Shown one piece after another: positions 1 to 12,300 of a stretch of 64,000 nucleotides of DNA. Position 1 is the stretch's first letter. The number at the start of each line of letters is the position of its first letter. The notes under the pieces are model-generated. The model had not been told where the DNA came from. It was given only the letters and a program-made list of their open reading frames with translations, and did no database searches. The DNA comes from Balanoglossus misakiensis (taxonomy: Eukaryota; Animalia; Hemichordata). The position numbers were made by a program, and so were the translations under genes. The stretch covers positions 1,490,635 to 1,554,634 of the forward strand of contig CM082595.2 in assembly GCA_040954595.2 (NCBI GenBank), in the 5' to 3' direction.

Positions 1-897
1 CCTCAGATGTTGGCCTCAATATTTAACCAGTTAAGGAGTGTTGCTCCATAGAAACCATATCAAACCAATTATTGGCCAAATTTTCACACAAATGCAATAT
101 AACAGGCCCATTACTGTTAGTGAGTTGACTCAATCCAGGTCGCATACGAGACTATTAAAGCACGCTACTTACAACGACTGACTTCCATGTTTGTAACGGG
201 TTAAAGCAAGCACTACAATTCACATAACAACCACCAAAAATACAATAATTCCCACCTGACCATATTTTCTGAATGAAACTACAGATAATGCAGTTCTGCG
301 ATGCTTTCACGTACAAGATAAGTACAGAAAAAAGGAATACAAAATGAAGGTTTGATGTAGGGAGTTACATCAGTATATTGGTATGTGTCTAGATAATTTG
401 GTAGGAAAATACCCAAGTTTGTTGTACTTCATAGAAGAGCCACAAGAGTAACATGGCCCCCTCTCTTGACCTATTCACCTTCAGTTTAGGGCACCATGTT
501 TTAACAACATGCTTCCAGTGGAAAGAAAACAATGAAACAGCCGGTCGTCATAGCAACATGGAGATTCGGTAACAGGGAGATGGGACAGTTCGTGAAAATT
601 CACCATTTGTCCTTCAATACTCTTCATGTACATGTATTTGTTAAGTGAATAGAATTGTCATGAGACCGTTGGAGTATAAGCATTTCTATAGTTGCCACTT
701 TGCAGCTGTGTGTACATAGTTCTCGGGTGTAAGGTGAAAGAAGTCTCACCAGTGTGTGGTAGAGTCATTCAGCAACAATCTACAAAGTCTAAAATAAGTT
801 GAGGTCACTAGCTATATTTATACTGCTCTAAATGTCTGCTCTGTACCTCAGCAATCTGCTCTCTCCATTGAACTCATTTACATGTCAATATTGTCAC

Positions 898-990
898 TTA
901 ACCCTTTCACCCCAAGTTCCCTTTTTAGAGGTCCAACGTTACCATAGAAAACACTGGATTTGGACTGAACCATGGTGGTGAAAGGGTTAA
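898..990 (+). mobile_element. 93-bp piggyBac-type MITE, copy 1
   Basis: TTAA-CCCTTTCACC ... GGTGAAAGGG-TTAA: perfect 10-bp TIR with TTAA on both sides; interior shared with the other copies. Confidence 0.85.
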
Positions 991-2614
991 TTCTCTGATT
1001 TCTCTACATTCTTTCTTTTCAAGGTAGTGGCTTGTCTTCCACAGAAAACTCTCTACTCAACCCTTCAGGCAACAAACAACATCCAAAGCACAGTTACACT
1101 CCAATTCAACTGAACTACACAGAGTCTTGAAAATTCTCCAATTTCAAATACAATAACACACTCAAACAGAAGCAACACGGTCAGCAGTGTAGCTTAACAA
1201 GCTCAAAAGCAGAATGCAAAAATTTGTGAGTAGTGGAACAATACAAGGGACTATAAGCCCTGGAATGGGAAGGGGAGGGAAAGAGTGTTTCTTTTCTGGC
1301 CGAATAGCTGTCAAGAAAAGGAAAAGCAATGGATTGTTTTTTTCTGGTGACCAACTTGTATCAACAACCCCAGCTTTACACACCTCACAACTTCAAGAAA
1401 CTTTGCAATCTTTACGCTACAAACACCAGTGACTATGAACACACACTTTTCTGAGTTTGAGAACTCTTTCAAGTTTACAGGCTACCTAACTCCCTATAAT
1501 TCAGAAATGTTAGCTACACTGTGAGATATGAAACAGCAAAGAGTGCAATTTCCGTGATAGCTTTCTGATGTTTGAAGCTCTGCAAAGGTTTCAAATATCA
1601 AACACAACAGATTTGTAAGGTTTCCAGTTTTTCTGAAAATCTCCCCCAAAGGGGGATTCAACTGCTATGCTGTTGATAGATTTATGGCTGTACCTATTTT
1701 GTGCTGAGAACTTAGAATACAGTGAATTAGTAAACAAAGGATAGGTTTTTGTAAATGTAAGTTGGCCATGTATAGTGGTCATTCATGTGAGTTTTGTTAG
1801 TCGGTGTTTTCATGTGATTCTGTTTGTGTCAGTGCAGATTCCACTTGGTTGAAAGCATTCTTTTCTTTTCATTGTGTACTTCATTTACTCTGAAACACTC
1901 GCTGTTCTATCACTGATTAACGGTTCAACTTAATAGATCCTTTGTTGGCACAGTGTACAGTTAGATCTGTTGCCCCGCTACATGTTTTATTGATCAAAAT
2001 CATTCGAAAACCAGGACCTTTCCAACGCAACACAAAGTGTTAGCAGCAGACTAGCAAATTTTCCCATGCATCATCACTGTGATTCTATACCATGTCTTGT
2101 TTGTAAGCTGACCCTACTCTTTGAGATAAGACAAACAATATGACTAGCCTAATTACTTAAAAGCAGTCATTGTGTTGTTTTGCTTTGTTGTAGACATCAT
2201 TTAAGTAGAAAATCACCACTCTTTTAGCAGAACTGATAGACTATAGTTTAAATTTATAGTAGTATGTTTGCTTTGCTATTTGGCAGCACTTGCTTGAGTG
2301 TGATAGATTTATAGATGTCATTATTCTGACTGTACACAGCTGACCTCTGAGGGTTGACCTTTGAATATATCTTGTCAAAACACCATTTGCCTGGCATGAA
2401 TCAGAAACCAGGGTTTGTTACAGTTTAGGATGTCATCTGTATTTGTGTATACTAGAGGTCAAAACAGCAAACACACAAATGAATTTCCAAATCACCTAAA
2501 GCCATGAAAGTTATAAGTCTTTGGATATAAAACCTTACACTGTTTCCAACCTGCACAGATGCATGTTGGAGCAAATAATGTCATGTGTTTGTGTTTGAAT
2601 TTAAATCAGTCATG

Positions 2615-2880
2615 TCCACATATATATTGTAACAATTTCTATATCTAAATGTACCAGTATATTCAGTGTTTGTAATTGTGTATACATTGTAACAATTTAT
2701 GTACATATAGATACATGAATCGTTACAATGTATACACAATTACAGTGAATATAGATACATTGTATTAGAATTGTATATTTGTAATTGCATACACATGTAC
2801 ATTGTAACAATTCATGTATCTATATTCACTGTCTTTGCACAGTGTATATACATTGTAACAATTTCTGTATACTGTACAAA
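2615..2880. repeat. Degenerate minisatellite (TACATTGTAACAATT core) with one inverted unit
   Basis: Core recurs at about 2625, 2683, 2798 and 2849, and in reverse complement at about 2722. Confidence 0.75.
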
Positions 2881-5800
2881 GAAAGATTCTCTTGTCCTGT
2901 ACATTCAGAACATAACTTTAACATCCAAAGTATCATTGCTTCCATGCTGTGCAGGGGAATATTATTAATACTCATGAACAGTAAATATTTCCAAGTTATA
3001 CAAATAAACATTAATTCTGACATTTAAGAAAATGGACTCTACTTTGAATAAAAGCACTGGGTACCATGTATATCAGTCTCCAAGTCAAACGTTTGTTTCA
3101 AGACCATCTGTCTGTCTGTCTGCAACAGCAAGCGATGCAGGACAAGGGTCACCATTCAGTTGGTGAATTCAGTTGAAGTAAAATTTGCAGACACAAAGAA
3201 ACTGGTTGTTCTACAAAAGATAAACACTTGTATGAAGGAGTCATTTTATCACCTTACCTTGTGTCAAGCTGCAAGAGGTAGCCATAAACACAACACTGAC
3301 TCTTCAAACTAAATCTCGCCTAACAATCCCACTCATAAAGATTTCTGCGCACCAAATCTGTCCCAGAACACTGTTTGAATATTACCTGCCCGTTACGAAC
3401 TCTATCCCAGGTATGGCACAGGCAATGGCATGAGTTCTGGAAAGCGTTTTATAGGAGCTCCGTGTTGTCACTTTGCGATGTGGAAATCAATGCTTAATGC
3501 ACAGCGTCGAATGCCACAGTCCAAGTCAATAATGTAAACTAAACAGTCCTACTTTTACAAAGACTCAGCCATGTGTGTACACGTAGCCTCAGGCAGTCTG
3601 CATACTATGCCTGCATTGGTAATCTAGCTAATAAGCCAGCAATTCATCCGTATCTGACTAACACTCAAGCTGGAAGTCAATATCTGCACCCTACACCATC
3701 TATATTCAATACAGCCATGATACATCAAGAAATTAATGGTGTGGACAATCTGCATAAAAGTATTCTCTGTTATGCTTTTTAAATTAATAATCTGACGTCT
3801 CATATAATGGTGTATCCGACAGGTGATTTAGTAGGTCCATACACTCAGAAAGTCACGTGTTGTTTTATAATTCATTATTAAAATGAATTTCGGACATAAT
3901 TACAATAAGTCTACAATATAACACATATTCAATAATACAGTAAGTAGATTAATTGCATTTCTGTATCAGTAATACTGTTGAATATTCATCATTAGATCAC
4001 ACTATGGATCAGTCAAAACACGATATGTTAAACACATGACCACATATATCCATAATAATATATGCACTCTCCTCTCATAGCAAATGTGTTCCACAAACAT
4101 CAGGCATTCTCTGAATGACTTTTGCACCTGCAGCAGCCATTTTGAATATTATCAGATAAAATGAATTCATTCAGAGATTTCTATGACTGATTGTGTTCTA
4201 AAAGCTTGTTCAGTTGGTTTTAAATCCATCAGATGTTTGCAGGGGCTACACAACAGAAATTCACAAACTATCACAAATCAAGGACTCATATTTGAATTTA
4301 CCCAGAAGCACTACTGAGCTGTTCACACCTCAAAGATCAGAAAGCTACATGCAAGATAGAACATAAATCAAGCTGCTGATACTTCAATTTCTCTACTATT
4401 ATAGTATTCTAATTTCCTTTTCAATGAAGGTTTTCCTGGTACTGTGGTTAATTCAGAATGGCCATGAAAGAGGCTTACTCATTCAAAGAGGATTTTTTTC
4501 TGTAATTACAGATTCATACATAACGGTCAAGTGTATTAGTTGTGTTAGAAATTTGACCTAAAAACAAACTCTCACATGAACATATTGCAATTGCATTGTT
4601 TCATGAGATGTTGTTCCCTGCCACAGAACAACTTTTGGAGCTTTACGGACACACAGAGTGATGACTTCATAGAGTTTAAGTGACAATTACACCCAGTCTG
4701 ATGAGAAACTTCGACAGTTGACTAGTGTTGATGGGCTGTACTTGGATTAGCCAATGCCACAACTGGGAATAATGGAGTCCCGGAATGGAGTAATTCCGGT
4801 CATTTGGCCCACAGCTATTGTTTAACTTATACACCGGATCACTGAATTCCTAGCCCTCACATGCAATTCTAACTTCTGGAGATATCCTTCATGATGTCTA
4901 AATTTCTTGATCAGTCACACCAGCTTGCAAAAGATTCAGAACTTAAATCTGTTTAGTTCCTTTCCTGATCATCTTGATCCGTGCATGATAAGCAAAGACT
5001 ATCACGTTACATTGTTGAAATACTGTAAATGATGGTAAAATTGTATGAGAAATTTCTTTTCCCATTTTCACACACAGTGGTTTGATAACAGTCAAATTAA
5101 CCCACAACAGCTTGCAGTATAACAACCATCACCTTGTAACATGATACCGGATTTATCAGCGAGATTAGGCCAGGCAGGTTACAATTGAATGTTTCCACTG
5201 TGGATTGTGGAAGTTCTTAAGCCAAGACATCAATCACTGGTTTCTTTGAATATGCATAAAGGATTGGGGCCAGCCGAATATACAGCACAGAGAAATGACA
5301 CAAATTCTGCAACAGTTTACTCACATGTAGATGAAAACAACATTAAGCAAGGTAGTAGCAGGAGATACACAACATAAAGCATAAATACTAAACAACATAT
5401 TGGATCATTTCATCTTGAAACTAGATGTAGTTTTATACCAGGGTTAAAATTTAGATAGCGACAACTGAAAGACCTAACTCTGAACCTCTAACTGATGAAT
5501 TTTATTTCAACCCCAGTGGGAGAGGTGAGATATACAATCATTTGTAACGAGGATAAATTTAGAATGAAATTGATGACACCTAGAACTATGTAATAGATAA
5601 TCACTATCAAAATATGTTTGTGTTGATTGATATTCTATCAAAATATCAAAATCCTGCTAGAATATTCCAGTATTTGTTCATTGTAATTTTGCCCATCTGC
5701 TATATGCAACAGCTATTCATGTGGATTTTAAAACATCACTCGTTTTGGCTTTTCTCGGTATCAGCTGCAGTTTCATATTCTGCTTCTAGCACTGACCTGA

Positions 5801-6351
5801 ATTCAATACTGAGTGCTTACTTATTGGCTGATTGATAGGCTGACTTTAGTTAAACAGAATATTGAAAAGAACGACATATAGAAGCCGGAACTTTTGTGTC
5901 GCAGTAATTGTGGTGCAGCAAACTTGCAACAATGTAACAAGTACAGTGACAAATGTGACGGTTGTATTCATTCATCAATGATGGTAACATAGAAAGTCAG
6001 TCTGCTACAGTAGCTCAGGTATTTTGTTGCAAGACAGATTATCTCAGTTCTCAGAGATGACCACTAGCTCTATTCAACACTGCAGGTCAGGTACATGATT
6101 ATTGAGCCACAACTAGTGGCATGGCCATCATTACAGAAATCAGCCCGAAGTTATCATTCTTCTGCTGAACTCCTAACAAAAGAAGTGTCCACTGAACAAG
6201 TCTGTAGAGTAGAGGTGTTATGTCTGTATGACTGTATAATGTATAATGTGCGTAATTTGTATGTAGGCACCAAGACAGCCACTTTCACACACAGCCACAC
6301 ACATTCCTATTAACACCAGCCGAGAAAGCAATCATGGTGTAGTGCACTCAC

Positions 6352-9300
6352 CGTTTCTTTGTGTGACAGAAGCTCTTTCTTGATGCGGAAGAAGTTTTTA
6401 CCATACTGTCTTAAACCTTTCACAAACCGTTTCTGCAAAGAATGAAAAACATCGTTACAAAGAGTGTCAATATTTAACCATTTTTTTGCAAAAATTTCCT
6501 ATAATTTGTGAAATACAAATATTTAATTATTTCACTATATAACATATTATAACATGAAAACAGATGTCTTGTTATGTTTGGTTGCACGTTATTAGGTTTC
6601 GACTGTCATGCTTCACCGAAAAAGTATGATTGTGAAGATACTGTCATTTTATTTTCATCATTGATGAATATCTTTAAGGGATACATTACACAAAGGATTC
6701 AAAGAGGATTTGTCAGGAAGAATGGATTTGAGCACTTCCTCTCAGAGGGAGTCCCATGCACAATTTGATTGCAATATGAATCCCTCTTCAATGTTTGACA
6801 GGTGAAGCCTGGCTTTCAAATCAAACTGCTACATTAGAATTGTGACTATTTGTGTCCTATAATATGCACTTCATTATCTGCGACAAACATTTGAAAGTTA
6901 AATTTATGGGGCAATGTTTATGAGCATTCCAGTTCTACAACTACTTATATTATGGAAATTATGATTACACTGTTTACGAGGTTAGACATACTGAAATAAA
7001 TCTGGATGATAAGCTGACAGGGCATTTGTGTGTGCTTTTCATGTTGCTTCAGTAACAGCTTGTCAGAATGTACATGTACATTTCCTAAACATGTCACTTT
7101 TGAAATCTGAACTAATACTTAGCTCTGTGTAAGTAACACTATATGGGTATTGATCACAGTCACATACCCACATCATTTGGAAACATATGGCAAGTTTGGT
7201 CCGGTCGTGATGGGGTTTAGGGCTGATGTAAAATTTGAGTTGGGCTTTATCATGAATCACTAGACACATGTAAGTGAAATAATTCTCAGTAAAATTTACA
7301 CATAAAAAGGCTATATTTAGGACTGTGTCCAGACTGTACAAGACCTTACTGGTTATAGGGACATATGGGCACATGAGAGCCATTGAAATTCCTGTGATGT
7401 GCAAATTGTTCACAAGTGTTTTTAATGGGTTTTTATATTTTTATTAATGCCTCTCTAGTCTAAACATTGGGTTATTTTGTGAAAGTTGACACGTTTTATC
7501 CAGCAACTTTATTATAAGTTGTCAATAAAATATAATCATGAAAATTATCATTATGGAGCATTTGGCAAACAGATGTGTGATAACTTTAGGAAAAGGTGGG
7601 AGGATGGGAAAATATTCTGGATGTTTTGAAGTTACATATATGTGGGCTGCATCAGTTGAACACCAGGTGCTTTGCCATGCCCTGGGGAGATGTAAAACCA
7701 AATCGTGGGCAGACATGAATGAATTTATGTCCAAAATTACAGGTACTGTCTGTTTAATATTTCAGTATCCTGAATGAATTGTAAGATGTAGTTGTAATAA
7801 TTAAATACATACTTATATGTAGGAATCAACTTACATTTTCTTCATCTGTCCATTTCTTGTCAATAGATCTTGGTAATGGACACTTGACTAACGCCTGCAG
7901 TGCTCTGCCTGTGTCGTATTGGTTGGTATGGAGCTGATGAAAAATATGATACATAATGTATTCATTGTATCGCATTGCATTGTATTGTATACTTCTGTAT
8001 TGTATTGTATTATATTGTATTTCCCTGATTCAGTTAAAATATGGGATACTGATGACCAATATGATACATACTGTATTCATTGCATTGATTGTTGTATCAT
8101 CTTTTGAAGCAGCTTCACAGCCTTCCTCAGCAGATCCACCATCGCACATTCCAGCAAAAGCAGCCATACTCCTAGAGAAAGAAATACATGTACATGTATT
8201 GGTAAAACATACTTTTGTTGGATGTACCATTATTTTGCTTTGCTGAACTTTGCAGATTGTATATATTAGGCTTCAGCTGTGGAATTACATTCAACAACAG
8301 CCCTTAGCTTTTTTAAATATTTAAATATTTTCAAATTTAAATATTTACAATTAGATTTTCATGTTTTCCTTAACTCCAGTTTTCACTTATGATTATATTG
8401 TGCAAATATTAACACAGCTTCACCAAAAAGTCAGTATTGTAAATTATCAACATTTAATCAGATTTTCAAACAAATCAAAGTTTTGTGATTGTGATAATAT
8501 TGTAAACAACCATGAACATAAACTATTGCATTTTTCCCACGCAGCTAACATGGAGTTTGGATGCCCTTTTCGAATTTCAAATGCTGGTTAATATGAATTT
8601 CTCCAAATTTAAATTTTTCCATGGCAACCCAAGTAGTTGATTTCAAAAGAGAATTGTAAAGTGTCTTTGAACAAATGTTAAAGCCCCTGTTTACTCAAAT
8701 TGCATAGTATGTTATGGTCAGTAACATTCCTACAACATGCCGTCATCTCACATTTACTGTTTTATTTTATGACTTAAGTTTCTCGTTCCCATTTTATTCA
8801 TCCTATCACGTAAACCAATGACTACTACATTAACACAGCATCTGTGTTGTGAATTGCTGCAGAAGAATTCTCTCATGACCTCTGACCTGATTCCAAGCTT
8901 TCAAAAGGTTACAATATTACGCGGATACCCGAGACATCGGAGCAGTCGGCCATTTTGTAAGGTCAAAGTTGAACTCACCTTGCGGCTCTCAAATACATCA
9001 TAAGGTCACAGTCATTGACCGTGGGTTTCCAGATTAGTTCTTCTTTCTGTGTGGAACTCATATCGTCTTCTGCTTCAGTCTTTGGTCTCTGTTCCGGCAG
9101 AACGGCCTGGTGACTTGGTCCGATGCGAATCTCGCCCTGAGTACTCGCCAGCCTCCTGTAAATACCAAAACTACTTATCAACGACTGCCCCTAGTGATTC
9201 TGTACAGAAATACCTCGTTAACTAAATGCTTCATACAGTAACAGACCTCAGCAAGCCAACGCTTTGATGTAGTGACACAATAGCTGCTGGCAAATCGCAT

Positions 9301-12300
9301 GTGTAGCTATCAGTTACTCACACAAAGACAGAATAGAGCGCACATCAAACAAAGTGTCGACACAAAGAACCCAATCCCTGTTCCGGCCAACCTGACGCTG
9401 TCAATTGCATTACAGAATGGTCATGTTAGAAGCTGATTAGCTAATGTCAATAGAACACTTCAAATGGACTCTAGATGTGTTATTGGCAAATACCTTGATT
9501 ACCACTGCGATAAGAAATGTACAGTTTAAAGTACACATATCCCTCTAGCTGGTTCAGATTACAACATGATATTCTATACTTAAGTGTCAGCCAACAAATT
9601 ACACACAAGTTTTCACATACAAATGTCAGTAGAAATTTCATCCTGTTCTTTCATTCCCATAGTTGTGGCAGTCATTATGCTCAATTCATCTTGCATTGCT
9701 GACTGATTGCGGGGCTGTTGTGTTTTCTTTTAAAAGGTTTGTAACTAGCTATTTACCTGAGTCGTGCTCAGTTGTGACATGAATCTGTGATCTGACCCAG
9801 GGGTCATCCACAAACATGGCAATGTAATATAATACCCTTAGTGACAAGATAATGCATTGCCAGTGACAACATTTGTCTGCGAAATTTTACTGCCTGTTAC
9901 GTGGGTAAATCAGGAGCTTAGAGGAATAACTCTGGACGATAACCGAACAACCAAGGCATTTTGAAATTAGAAATGTTATCACATATCATCAATGATCAGC
10001 ATGACATGAATTGATTACAATCAATATTCAATACAAATTTATAATTAACGTTATGCTCCTGTGGTGTAACATGTGTTGACTGCCACAGAAAATTCCAAAC
10101 AGTCATATACACCATAAACGTCCCCGGTGCATTGGTATCCATGGCAACATCTTTCATCCTTACAGATTTGCAAGCACAGAAAATGAAATATGGCAGTATT
10201 TGCTGATTACAATCTATGTGATCAAAAACAACTATATTGACAAAGTGAAAACAGTTCAATGTGTTCAGCATCTACTGCAAACATTGATCTTTTGGCTATG
10301 ACAACTTGCAGTGCAGCTTAAAACAACAAAACAATCACAGTGTTGTTTTTACACTCTATCCATTTTTCCATTTACACAGTAATGGCAAATAACTTATCTC
10401 AATTGGCCACGATTTCACAGCACCATTTCAAATCAAACACAAAAATAACCCTTTCAACGCTACATTTTCCCTGTCAAAATGTCGTGCAACTTAATTCTAG
10501 ACCAAGGACATAATTATCTATTGTCTGCAAGCCTTGTCGAAAAAAATTCTGATCAAGTTGATCAGAATTTTTTTTAAATATGGTAGAAGTTATGAGGTTA
10601 ATTTTGTGAAAAATGCTGTTGAGAGGGCTAAAGTTGTATTTCACTATTTCTACATAAACATTTACACATAACTTTTGGGATTGATAACAATTTAGCTGTA
10701 ATAAAATACAACTGACTCACATTACCAGAGAAATGCATTCTCTGATGTTTTTATAAAATGTAGCACTGGCCCCTAACATGTCTGAAATGCTTTTATCTAA
10801 CTTTATCTGTTGTGCAGTACAGTATCAATATTGACTCGGCAGTATTACCATTACACAATGGTTCCATCTCTTCACAAAGTTGACTACCTAAGTAGTCGAT
10901 AGTACACCTTTAAATTCCTATCAGTGATTTGTACAATCTGTGCCATCAAGAGCAAATGCAAAGGCTGCTTTGACTTCTGTAAAACAGGAAATTTTCGTGA
11001 TGAGGAATTATCGCGATATCAACAGAGGTGACTGTTAATTTTCGCATTCTCTTATTACATACACCAACTGCATTTAGGTTTCCATTGTGGTTTGCAAACA
11101 GGCAATCAGTAATGCCTATCAAGTGTTCCAATATAACCAACTCGCAATCAATTATGGTTTCAATATACTTATATTAACTTGTGATTTAGTATGGCTAGCA
11201 AGCTCTCCAATGTGGCTATCTGGTAATTAATTATGGCAATCAAGCTTTTCATTATGGCTGACTGGTGATCCATTATGGCTACCAAGTGGTCCAAAATGGC
11301 TAACTATCACTTGCACAACTTCAAAGATTTCCAGCTCAGACTGAAGTCTCCACAAATGATTTTATACCATGGCAGTTTTCAACCTCAACATTGGTTTCAG
11401 AACTATCTTAATGGGCTGTGTCTGCATCTTGTAATGCTAAACCATGTAAAGAATTTATCGGAAAGAAAAGTGACCCAACAACGGCTTATGTTGCCAACTG
11501 TAACCCAGAAGGCGTCAAATGTTGCACTCAAATGTCACAAAGTTTAGAGAGCAGGTCAAGGCATTTACTAAGTCAACATATCCAATGTACATAAACATGT
11601 AAATTTTCCCTGATTCATTTCAGAACACTCATGATAAATCACGTTTAGATAATCAGAAAGGTTGAAAGTGTTTGTCAATGTTGAATATATCCTAGCATAT
11701 ACACATGTATACTGTTAAAAGGATGAAGTCAGTTCTGGACAGGATATGACTTCTCCAATTGACATGTTTAGACTTGATATGTACATAGCTTTGAAGATAT
11801 GTCAATTCAATGGTGGTAATATTATCAGCTAGACTACGACATGTACATCAGGAAAGAACACTACTAGTCCTAGACTCAATGATGTCTTCTCTGGTACTTT
11901 CATCAGTGGCTCTCAAAATCTCAATAACACACGCTCTAAATAAATCAGTAAGACAAGCTTACACGCAGTCACATCAAATCAAATTCAGAAGAGTATCTGA
12001 GTAAAAAGACTCCACCGCTGTCTCCGTTCGCATACTGACTTCTCACCTCTGGTTCTCCCTACTGACAGCTGAAATCCGTTCTTCGGGCCGACTCTAATAC
12101 ATTTTGCCTGACCCAATCAAAAGGTCACCGTACATCAATTGATGATGGTAGCATTCAGAACATAATCCTTCCAGGGCCATATGCAAACTACAATAGTACA
12201 CACATTGTAACTGATTTCAAGGCACATTGCTTGTAGTGTTTCTTCCTACATTCTATCATAATTACATACTGATACGTACATTATCAAAATGTTACAATTT

